The position numbers were made by a program, and so were the translations under genes. A model generated the notes under the pieces. It ran no database searches, had not been told where the DNA came from, and saw nothing but the letters and a program-made list of their open reading frames with translations. DNA of 60,610 bases from an uncultured Armatimonadetes bacterium. Lineage in GTDB: Bacteria; Armatimonadota; UBA5829; DTJY01. The stretch is taken from assembly GCA_937875395.1 (NCBI GenBank), contig CALNCU010000173.1:1-60610 (forward strand), given 5' to 3'. This document shows positions 8,456 to 16,947 of this stretch, one piece after another; position 1 is the stretch's first letter, and each line of letters starts with the position of its first letter.

Positions 8456-9682
8456 ATGCCGTACTACCGCCGTAATATTATTATACTTGCAACAACCATC
8501 TTTCTTGCATCTGTCAGCTGGACTCAAGTTATACCCTTTCTACCCTTATTTGTGAAAGAGCTTGGGATTGATGGAAAAGACCTTCTGCTCTGGACGGGCA
8601 TCCTCTTCTCTGCACAATCCATGGCAAGCATTGTTGCACAGCCTTTCTGGGGTAAGATGGGAGATAAGTACGGCCGCAAACCCATGGCGGTACGTGCGGG
8701 ATTAGGCCTGGTGATCATCTACTTTGGAATGAGCTTTGTTACCAACATCTGGCAGCTTCTTACCATAAGAATTTTAAACGGCATGCTTACAGGGTTTATC
8801 CCGGGCTCAATGGCGCTTATTGCAACAAACACCCCAAAGGAGATGGCCCCGCGTTACATAGCAACTGCCCAGACTTCCTCTGCCTCCGGGCAGATAGTGG
8901 GCCCATTAATAGGCGGTTTGCTTGCCGCCGGTTTTGGATACAGGGGCTCTATGCGCGTTTCCGGCGCCGCCGTGCTCCTTTGCACGCTCTTTGTAATATG
9001 GCTTGTAAGGGAACCCAATAAGGCCGAAGTAGCCGAATCTACAAGCCTTTTTGAAGATTTTACCGCATCTTTCAGGTCCCCGGTGCTTGCCTCTATTATG
9101 TTCACCGTTATGCTCTACGGGCTTACAATCTCTTCCATAAACCCATTTTTAACGCTTCATGTGGCCAAAATAGCCCCCGGATCGCCGGGGTGGCTGGCCG
9201 GTTTCATCTATTCCCTGCCGCCCATAGCCCTTGTTCTTACGGCGCATCTATGGACTCATTTAGGAAAGAGGCATGGGTACAATATGCCCATAGTGGTGGG
9301 GCTTGCGGGAGCGGCTTTATGTATTTTTACGCTTGCAGTTGCGCGTAACATATGGGTTTTCTCTATTGCACTTTTCTCAACCGGGGTCTTTCTTGCCGCC
9401 CTAAACCCTTCCACCGCCGCCCTTATAATTGTTAGAGTAAGAGAGGGTTTCAGGGGTCGTGCCTATGGAATGCAGACCTCTGCAAGCACCCTTGGCTGTT
9501 TTGTGGCACCCATTCTGGCGGGGTCTGTTGCCGCATCATTTGGTATTTCGGCAATCTTTGTATTATTAGGATGCGTTCTTCTTGCAGGGACGCTGCTCTT
9601 CCCCAGTTTTGCCCGTGCCTGGGATTCTGAAAAAGGCATGGCAGACCCGGTAACCATAAACCCTAAGTATAACGCAGATTAA
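8456..9682 (+). CDS. MFS transporter (DHA1/MdtG-like)
   Basis: 12 hydrophobic segments; motif A 'GKMGDKYGRK'; 'GPLIGG'. Confidence 0.88.
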   Translation: MPYYRRNIIILATTIFLASVSWTQVIPFLPLFVKELGIDGKDLLLWTGILFSAQSMASIVAQPFWGKMGDKYGRKPMAVRAGLGLVIIYFGMSFVTNIWQLLTIRILNGMLTGFIPGSMALIATNTPKEMAPRYIATAQTSSASGQIVGPLIGGLLAAGFGYRGSMRVSGAAVLLCTLFVIWLVREPNKAEVAESTSLFEDFTASFRSPVLASIMFTVMLYGLTISSINPFLTLHVAKIAPGSPGWLAGFIYSLPPIALVLTAHLWTHLGKRHGYNMPIVVGLAGAALCIFTLAVARNIWVFSIALFSTGVFLAALNPSTAALIIVRVREGFRGRAYGMQTSASTLGCFVAPILAGSVAASFGISAIFVLLGCVLLAGTLLFPSFARAWDSEKGMADPVTINPKYNAD

Positions 9683-9745
9683 TTTTGGACGCTGCCGCCT
9701 GCTTCCCCTGGCTAAACCGCGTAAGACATGCTATAATCCGGCATT

Positions 9746-10336
9746 ATGACAAACCGCCCTGGAATTTCAAAGACGCTTAGGAGGGAGTTCTACCTTCAAG
9801 ATACCGTAGATGTTGCAAGAGGCCTGCTTGGAAAAGTGCTTGTCCACAAGACTGCCGAATGTATACTGGCAGGCCGTATTGTAGAGACGGAAGCCTATCT
9901 TATGGATGATCCCGCCTGCCATGCCTCCCGCGGGATAACTCCCAGAAACGCCCCCATGTTTGGACCGCCCGGACATGCCTACATCTATTTTACCTACGGA
10001 ATGCACTTCTGCATGAATGCCGTAACCGCCCCGGAAGGAGTGGGGGAGGCCGTGCTTATCCGCGCCGTTCAGCCGCTCCTGGGTATTGATCTTATGATGG
10101 AACGGCGCGGCACCCGCGTTATCACAAACCTTGCAAGCGGCCCCGGAAAGCTCTGCCAGGCGTTTGGGCTTGGCCGGGAGCAGGGCGGGCTTGATCTTAC
10201 AGAGGGCCCGCTTGTTATAGAAGAAGGGGAAGATGTAACGGAGATTATTACAACCACCCGCGTGGGCATACGGCTGGCGGCAGAGAAGCCCTGGAGATTC
10301 TACCAGGCCGGAAGCCGTTTTATATCAAGAAAGTAG
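9746..10336 (+). CDS. mpg: DNA-3-methyladenine glycosylase (AAG/MPG family)
   Basis: GRIVETEAY, YIYFTYGMH, VLIRA, GPGKLCQA and RVGI motifs. Confidence 0.93.
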   Translation: MTNRPGISKTLRREFYLQDTVDVARGLLGKVLVHKTAECILAGRIVETEAYLMDDPACHASRGITPRNAPMFGPPGHAYIYFTYGMHFCMNAVTAPEGVGEAVLIRAVQPLLGIDLMMERRGTRVITNLASGPGKLCQAFGLGREQGGLDLTEGPLVIEEGEDVTEIITTTRVGIRLAAEKPWRFYQAGSRFISRK

Positions 10337-10389
10337 CTCTGTCCTGCGCCTGAAATATGGGTATATATTTTAGGTGACAGGAGGGAACC

Positions 10390-11313
10390 ATGCAGGATGT
10401 AATAATCATAGGCGGGGGGCCTGCGGCAATGACTGCGGCTATATACGGCGCCCGGAAAAAACTTGACCAGATTATGATTGCGCCGGAGTTTGGCGGCCAG
10501 CAGGTGTGGGCTACCGAGATAGAAAATTATCTTGGATTCCGGCTTATAAGCGGGTATGACCTTGCCAGGAAGTTTGAAGAGCATGTCCGTGATTTTGGCG
10601 TGCCGATGGTTGCAGACAGAGTAGTCTCCTTATCAAAAGCAGATGGCAGCTTCAAGATTAAAACAGAGGGTGGCGAAGAATACCAGTCCCGAGCGGTAAT
10701 TATTGCGTCCGGGCGTTCTTCCTTAAACCTTGGCGTGCCCGGCGAGGAGGAGTTTAAGGGCAAGGGCATGGCCTATTGCGCTACCTGCGATGCGCCGCTC
10801 TTTTCCGGGGAGGATGTTGCCGTGGCGGGCGGAGGAAACGCAGGGCTCTATGCGGTTATACAACTTGCCAAGATAGCGGGCACAGTCTATCTTTTAGAGG
10901 CGGCATCCTTTCTTAGGGGTGATAAAGAACTGCAGGACAAGATTAAAAACACCCCTAACGTAAAGATTTTTCTGCGCACCAGGATTACACAAATTAAGGG
11001 CGATAAATTTGTAAAGAGCATCTGCATCCAAAATCTGGAGACGGGTGAGGAATCCGGGATTCCGGTTACGGGGGTCTTTGTAGAGATAGGCTCCCGGCCC
11101 AACACCAGCTTTTTGCCTTCGGATGTAAAACTGAACGACCGCGGGGAAGTGGAAGTGGATTGCCTGGACAGGACAAATGTGCCCGGTCTTTATGCCGCGG
11201 GGGATGTTACGTCTGTGCCGGCCAAGCAGATTATTATTGCTGCCGGCGAGGGCGCAAAGGCTTTGCTCTCTGCCTATGAATACCTTGTCAGAAACTTTGC
11301 AGAGGGCGTATAA
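10390..11313 (+). CDS. trxB: thioredoxin-disulfide reductase family flavoprotein
   Basis: GGGPAA FAD motif, CATCD redox centre, GGGN and TNVPGLYAAGD. Confidence 0.8.
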   Translation: MQDVIIIGGGPAAMTAAIYGARKKLDQIMIAPEFGGQQVWATEIENYLGFRLISGYDLARKFEEHVRDFGVPMVADRVVSLSKADGSFKIKTEGGEEYQSRAVIIASGRSSLNLGVPGEEEFKGKGMAYCATCDAPLFSGEDVAVAGGGNAGLYAVIQLAKIAGTVYLLEAASFLRGDKELQDKIKNTPNVKIFLRTRITQIKGDKFVKSICIQNLETGEESGIPVTGVFVEIGSRPNTSFLPSDVKLNDRGEVEVDCLDRTNVPGLYAAGDVTSVPAKQIIIAAGEGAKALLSAYEYLVRNFAEGV

Positions 11314-11319
11314 CAAGGC

Positions 11320-11534
11320 CCAGCACTCTGTAAACCCGGATTTGTAAGTTTAAACAGTGCTTCGGCAGCGCCGCTTTGCTCTGCGACCGAAGTATCTTCC
11401 CGGGGGTTGATGCACCTTGCTTCGGCAGCGGCGCCTTCGGCTCTGCGACCGAAGTATCCTCTCGGGGGGTGATGCCCCTCGCTTCGGCGGCGTACGCAAG
11501 GCGCTCGTAGGCCGAAGTATCGCTCCGGGGGTTG
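11320..11534 (+). repeat. MITE/REP-like element with three tandem ~60-62 bp palindromic units
   Basis: GCTTCGG...CCGAAGTATC...GGGGKTG units start at 11359, 11419 and 11481. The ~40-bp leader CAGCACTCTGTAAACCCGG is shared with the 60.4 kb copy. Confidence 0.85.
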
Positions 11535-11548
11535 TCTTGTTCACTGTT

Positions 11549-13513
11549 TTAGCCTGGTTCTAATCTCTCCAACACTATAATAGCTGCATCATCCATAAGC
11601 CTGCCGTTAGCCCACGCCGTTGCGACGCCAAGCAGTTCTTTTATCAGGTTTTCCGGCATCAGATTTCCACACTCTTTTAGTACATGTTCAATCCCCGCAA
11701 GCTCAAACAGGTCGGAATCATGCCGGGCCTCGCTTATGCCGTCCGTGTAGAGGATAAGCTTATCCCCCGGACAGAGCCTGCAGGTATGTTCAAGATACTG
11801 CTCAGACTCCACTACGCCTATGGGCGGATGCCCCAGGGTCAGGAATTCTACAGTTTTATCAGTATGCCACACTGCCGGGGGCGGGTGGCCTGCATTGGAA
11901 TAGTTCATAACTCCGTTTTCCAGATTAAGCATCCCCAGAAACAGGGTGATAAAGAACTTAAAATCCTCCGGCTGTTCCGCCATAAGTACAGAATTGGTGT
12001 GCGTAAGCGCCGCTCCGGCCGAAAGCAGATCATATGCAAAGGCGTGGGCAGTTCCCCTGGTATTGGCGGCAATGGTGGCTGCCTCTACCCCTTTTCCGCT
12101 TACGTCCCCCATCATTATCCCTACCTTGCCGTTCTCTGTTTTAAAGACATCGTAGAAATCTCCGCCAATTTCTATTCCGGCTGTGTAGGGGACATACATA
12201 TCTGCAATACGGTATGATTTGCCTATGGAGGGCCTGCTGGGTATAAGCGCTTTCTGCAGAGTATCTACCTGGCGTTCCAGCGCTTTTCTAAGGTTGGAGA
12301 GCTCTGTTATGTCGTTTATGGTTGCTACAGCGGCTATAATATTTCCCTGAGAATCCTTTACCGGTGCGCTGTTGATAAGGGCTGTGATATCGTTTTTGTT
12401 TTTGCGCTTTATAGTAAGTTCTATATTGGAAATCTTTGTGCCTAGCCTTAATGTAACGTTTAAGGGTGCCTCTCTGGCCGGCAGATTGTTCCCGGAGAGC
12501 GTTGAAAACCAGTATCTTGAACCGGGGGCGGGGCCTCCTGCCGCTCCTATAAGCGGACCGCCCATTATCTCTTTTGCAGGCAAACAACGTCCATCCGGGG
12601 CGGCCACAACAAGCCCCACGGGCACGGTATCTATGATTGCCTGGAGCGTGGCCCTGGATTCTTCTGCCGCATCCCTTGCCCGCGCCAGTTCTTCCTCTGC
12701 CCGTTTGCGTCGGGAGATATTATGAAAATAGATAGAGATGCCTTGCGGCGACGGATAAGCGCGCACCTCATACCATGCGTTTATGGGAGGGTAGTACAGG
12801 CTCTCAAATTCGCTGGGCTTCCGCTCGGTCATCACCTTTCTGTACTGTTTGCCAAAGAGGCTTTCGCACACTTCCGGGAATTCTTCCCATATGTTTTTAC
12901 CTATAAGATAGCCGGGATTGCGGCGGAGGATGCGTCCGGCCTCTGCGTTAACGTAGATAAACCTGTCATTCATATCAAGAGATATAAACGCATCGGTAAT
13001 GCTCTCCAGGATTCTTGAGATTCTGCTGTTTGAGGCTGCAAGCTCTGCCGCCAGGTTCCTTATGCGCTCGGCCGATCTTCTTATAGTAATTGCGCCCGCC
13101 GCGCCTACTACGGTACCTAAAATGTAAGATACAATTCCGGCTTTTCCAAGACTGGTCAGGTGTTCCCACCCGTACGGCCGCCCTATGGTGATAAATGTGC
13201 CCGCATATGCAATAAATCCAAGGATTATAGAGAGCATTGCCGACCAAAAACCAAAGAGATATGCAGATGCAATAACTGAGAGTATGTAGAGTACCGGATA
13301 CCTGTAAAGCGGAAAGCCGGGCGCAAGGGAGAGGTGAAAGAGCATGATGGCAACTATCATAAGCACTGTCAGCATATAGTGAACCCATATCGGCACGCCC
13401 CTCCGGTTGCCGGGAGCAGTCCGGCCGGGCCCCTCCGTATTTTGGGGATCGGAATCTGCTTGATGTTGTTTGAAGGTAGATGGCAACATATCACCCGTAC
13501 GCCTAATGTGCAA
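11549..13513 (-). CDS. membrane-bound PAS-domain PP2C/SpoIIE-type phosphatase
   Basis: Four N-terminal TMs; PAS (ILESITDAF, YVNAEA); PP2C motifs GGDFYD, GDVSGKG, NAGHPP, YTDG and DD. Start may be ATG 13489. Confidence 0.9.
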   Translation of the reverse strand: MHIRRTGDMLPSTFKQHQADSDPQNTEGPGRTAPGNRRGVPIWVHYMLTVLMIVAIMLFHLSLAPGFPLYRYPVLYILSVIASAYLFGFWSAMLSIILGFIAYAGTFITIGRPYGWEHLTSLGKAGIVSYILGTVVGAAGAITIRRSAERIRNLAAELAASNSRISRILESITDAFISLDMNDRFIYVNAEAGRILRRNPGYLIGKNIWEEFPEVCESLFGKQYRKVMTERKPSEFESLYYPPINAWYEVRAYPSPQGISIYFHNISRRKRAEEELARARDAAEESRATLQAIIDTVPVGLVVAAPDGRCLPAKEIMGGPLIGAAGGPAPGSRYWFSTLSGNNLPAREAPLNVTLRLGTKISNIELTIKRKNKNDITALINSAPVKDSQGNIIAAVATINDITELSNLRKALERQVDTLQKALIPSRPSIGKSYRIADMYVPYTAGIEIGGDFYDVFKTENGKVGIMMGDVSGKGVEAATIAANTRGTAHAFAYDLLSAGAALTHTNSVLMAEQPEDFKFFITLFLGMLNLENGVMNYSNAGHPPPAVWHTDKTVEFLTLGHPPIGVVESEQYLEHTCRLCPGDKLILYTDGISEARHDSDLFELAGIEHVLKECGNLMPENLIKELLGVATAWANGRLMDDAAIIVLERLEPG

Positions 13514-13628
13514 GGGCAGCCCGTATATACGGAGATACCGTCTTTGCGCATTGTTTACGCTTCAATTGTACCGAGGTTTTACGATGCCGAAACCCGCGGG
13601 GCGGGGTGCCGGTATGGGGATGGGCGGT

Positions 13629-14621
13629 TTAAGGTGTTGAGGCACCCTGTCCGGGGTGCTCTGCGTTCTCTGGTGCTGTAATCTCTACAGAGAGTTGGAC
13701 GGGGGTTTTCTCTACTGCAAAGACTCCCTGGGGGAGTGTAAGCTGTACTCTCTGGCGGAAGCTTCTGGACCTTCCTGAGAGCTTTACCGGCTCTGTTTCA
13801 ACCGAATCAAGCTTTGCAAGGACTTCCGGGCTGCCGGTAACGGTGATTACCTGCGGCAGAACCTCTACTCCTGCAACCTTGGATGGGAAGGGCGGTTGTC
13901 CGGTAAGGTTGGGGTTAATAAAGAGCACCTTTCGCTCCGGCCTGCTCTTAAGATTAAGCTTAAGGTGCACGTGCTTAGGGTTTAGCTGAATGCCCGGGAG
14001 GGCTCTGCCGTCTCTACCAAGGGCAAAGACTTCAAAGCTGCCGTCCGCCCCGGAAGGCCCCAGCATCTGCGGGTCTACCAAAACCGCCACCCGCTGTATT
14101 GCGTTTATATTCCGCTCTATCCCTTTAGCCGTAACTTTGAGAGGGAGTATCTCTGGCGTGCCAAAGACGTAACCATCAGGAGAAGGGCCTATCATTTGCA
14201 TGCTTACATCAAAGGCCCGCTCCACCCGTTTTTCTACCTTTACCCATACCTCAAAGGGGGTGGGTGTGGCGGTGATAAGCCCCATGTAGCCGTCTGTGCG
14301 AAGGATTACCCTCTGCTTGTGTTTGCCGGCATCCACGCCGGCAAGGTTTACGTAGACAGATACAAGGTCCGGCTCTGCCAGGATGGCATCTATGTACTCT
14401 CTCCGGCCCTGTATTTTAACCTTTATACGTTTGGGGATAGATGTTACAACACAGCCGGGTTCCAGCCTGCGGACGGAGAGCGGCAGGGTGATGCTGCGGG
14501 ATATGGTGGCGTTGTTAAAGCTCTGCCAGTTCCCCGGGTTCTGCACCTGGCTTGCATAGGCCCAGATAACCACTGCCACCGCCACTGCAAATAATTTGTA
14601 CCCAAAGTTATCGCTTAACAT
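13629..14621 (-). CDS. cdaR: CdaR/YbbR-like regulator of diadenylate cyclase
   Basis: N-terminal TM (NFGYKLFAVAVAVVIW) plus three YbbR-like repeats; overlaps the cdaA 3' end. Confidence 0.85.
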   Translation of the reverse strand: MLSDNFGYKLFAVAVAVVIWAYASQVQNPGNWQSFNNATISRSITLPLSVRRLEPGCVVTSIPKRIKVKIQGRREYIDAILAEPDLVSVYVNLAGVDAGKHKQRVILRTDGYMGLITATPTPFEVWVKVEKRVERAFDVSMQMIGPSPDGYVFGTPEILPLKVTAKGIERNINAIQRVAVLVDPQMLGPSGADGSFEVFALGRDGRALPGIQLNPKHVHLKLNLKSRPERKVLFINPNLTGQPPFPSKVAGVEVLPQVITVTGSPEVLAKLDSVETEPVKLSGRSRSFRQRVQLTLPQGVFAVEKTPVQLSVEITAPENAEHPGQGASTP

Positions 14622-15519
14622 TTTGTTTTTGCTCCGAGGCGCTCCCGGCGCGCATTTTGGAGAATGCGGTGGATACCGTGCGTTTTATGTTTTGGACTCC
14701 CTCAACCGCCTCTCCTCCCTGCAAAAGTTCTACCAGCTTGGCGTGCACCTGCTCCGGCAGGAGCCCGCGAAGTATGTCGCCGTCAATTGAAAGGGAGATT
14801 AGCCCGGTCTCTTCAGAGACCACAAGCACTACTGCATCGCTCTCTTCAGAGACTCCAAGGGCTGCCTTGTGGCGGGTGTGTATCATGGTGCCTACCCTGG
14901 GGCTGTCGCTTAAGGGGAGCGTGCAGCTTGCCGCAACTATCCGGTTGCCGCGGATGATTATGGCGCCGTCGTGCAGCGGGCTTCCGGGATGGAAGATGGT
15001 TCTTATAAGATCTGCAGAGGCAAGAGCATCTATTTTGCGGCCGTTTGCAATAACGTTGGAGAGGCCTACTTCTCTTTCTATAACAATAAGCGCGCCAACC
15101 CTGGCCTTGGACATATCTGCCACAACTTTGGTGAGCTGTTCTATAAGGTTTGAAAGGTCTTCCTTCTCCAGTACAACAAAACCTCTCCCCAGAAAACGGA
15201 GGCGCCCTATCTCTTCCAAAACGCTTCTAAGTTCCGGGTAAAAAAGGATGACAAGGGCTACAGGGCCAAGGGGAAGGATCTGCCTTAGCAGCCAGTTTAA
15301 GGCCGTGAGGTGGAACTTGTAGCTTGCAAGCACAAGAAGGAAGAACACCCCAAGCCCCAGGATTATCTGCCAGGCGCGCGTGCCTTTTACAAGCATTATC
15401 AGCTTGTATATGACAAACGCTACCAGAAAGACATCCAGCAAATTTATAAAAAGAGAGGCATAATCCAGACTGCCCAGCCGGCCAAACCAGTCTAGAAATA
15501 TGTTTATATGTGGAATCAT
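14608..15519 (-). CDS. cdaA: diadenylate cyclase CdaA
   Basis: Three TMs, FYPELR, GALIVIER, PLHDGA and VSEETG motifs; RHR motif altered to RHK. Likely start ATG 15519. Confidence 0.9.
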   Translation of the reverse strand: MIPHINIFLDWFGRLGSLDYASLFINLLDVFLVAFVIYKLIMLVKGTRAWQIILGLGVFFLLVLASYKFHLTALNWLLRQILPLGPVALVILFYPELRSVLEEIGRLRFLGRGFVVLEKEDLSNLIEQLTKVVADMSKARVGALIVIEREVGLSNVIANGRKIDALASADLIRTIFHPGSPLHDGAIIIRGNRIVAASCTLPLSDSPRVGTMIHTRHKAALGVSEESDAVVLVVSEETGLISLSIDGDILRGLLPEQVHAKLVELLQGGEAVEGVQNIKRTVSTAFSKMRAGSASEQKQNVKR

Positions 15520-15703
15520 CCCGCAACATCCCAGCCGCCAGTTATTATATAAAAGTATAACACGGCAGCCGTACCAGGTCAACACAAAAACGGCGTATAA
15601 GACCCCGTCGCGCCAACCCTTATGTGTAAATTCGATTTGAGTCCTGTGCCGCAGACTCTGTGGTTTTCTTATGCAGCAAGCTGTTAACCCATCATATTTT
15701 CAG

Positions 15704-16666
15704 TCAGAATTCCACGGCAAGGAGTGCCGTGAGATACAGGTAGTGGCCGAAGTCATTCGGGTGGTTTATGTTGTTTCCTAGCAGGCTTGGGAAGTCTTTT
15801 CTTTTAAGCACCTCCGTCCATACAGAATATACATTGGCATATGCACAGCCCGATTCTGCGGCGGCGCGTCTAGTGGCTTCTGCGTACTCTTCCATTCTGT
15901 GAGAGCTGAACTTCCAGTCCGGGTTCGGAGGAAATGCGGAGTACATTAGTACCTCTGCGCCAGTTCGCTCCCGGATGGAATGCGCCATAGCGATCAGATT
16001 TTCACAAAACCGGCCGACGGGTACGCTGCCCACATTGTGATCGTTCATGCCGAAGCCCATGAGCACAAGACCCGGCTTGCGTGTGAGCACTTTAGCATCA
16101 AGACGCTCAAGCCCCTGTATGGTTGAATCTCCGCCTGTTGCACCGTTTTCAATGTTGATCTCTGCTGCAGGGAATCGTCTTTTCAGGGCATCAGTGTATC
16201 TGTGGTAGAACTGTAATCTCTCCCTGGATGCCTCGCATCCGGTGGATATGCTATCGCCATACACCAGTATGCCAAACGGTCCGCCTGCTTCAAGTCTCTT
16301 TCTGGTTCCAGCCAGAAACTCTGACTGGTCCGATTCCACGGCGAGTGGGCGGACTTTCTTAGTGTCGTAATCAACCCACACAAAGAAGGCATGGTTGCCG
16401 TATCCGGGAAATTTGGTATGGTCGAACTCTTTCTGAGCGTACAGCACGTTGGTGCCAAAATCCGGAATGCGGGAATCCGCTGTGCGTGCAATTGTGCCCT
16501 GCTCTGTATCCACAATATAGTCGCGGCCTTCCCGGTAGATTATGGTATTCTTCATGTTACGTTCGTATGTACTCCGCACGCTCAGGCTGCCGGGCACAAT
16601 ATTATCAAAGCAAAGCCTGCCAGGCTTAGTATTAGCCAGAACAAGACTCTCACCGTAAACTATCAT
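15704..16666 (-). CDS. SGNH/GDSL hydrolase with extra N-terminal domain
   Basis: YGDSIS, GATGG, FGMND and INHPND blocks. Confidence 0.85.
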   Translation of the reverse strand: MIVYGESLVLANTKPGRLCFDNIVPGSLSVRSTYERNMKNTIIYREGRDYIVDTEQGTIARTADSRIPDFGTNVLYAQKEFDHTKFPGYGNHAFFVWVDYDTKKVRPLAVESDQSEFLAGTRKRLEAGGPFGILVYGDSISTGCEASRERLQFYHRYTDALKRRFPAAEINIENGATGGDSTIQGLERLDAKVLTRKPGLVLMGFGMNDHNVGSVPVGRFCENLIAMAHSIRERTGAEVLMYSAFPPNPDWKFSSHRMEEYAEATRRAAAESGCAYANVYSVWTEVLKRKDFPSLLGNNINHPNDFGHYLYLTALLAVEF

Positions 16667-16886
16667 CTACTTCTCCTCTGATTAATTATATACCCCCGAT
16701 GGCCTTACATGGCATGAGTAAAAACATCTTTTTTGTTGCAAGAAGCGGTCACTCTCCGCGTAGTTTTAGCAGATGTAGAGGCCTGCCATCGCTTAGCCGG
16801 GCTTGGAAGTTTCCCAGGGAGAGTTCTAGCCCGACATTGTTAGATGCTGTATGGCTTGCAGCGCCGGGGAGCGTATGCCAGGGGAA

Positions 16887-16929
16887 CAAGCGGAGTGGGG
16901 AGGCACCCTCGCTCCGCTTGTGTTTTTAT
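16887..16929. terminator. hairpin terminator after the RND operon
   Basis: CAAGCGGAG...CTCCGCTTG inverted repeat next to a T-rich tract. Confidence 0.55.
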
Positions 16930-16947
16930 AAGCTGAATCTCTGCCTG

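Noticed and set aside
11359-11534. CRISPR array interpretation of the ~61-bp periodic repeats
   Set aside because: The inter-repeat segments are homologous to each other rather than unique spacers, units are degenerate and dispersed in both orientations, and there are no cas genes.
11350-11544. 64-aa minus-strand ORF over the repeat array
   Set aside because: Translation of repeat DNA; Arg/Pro-rich with no SD.
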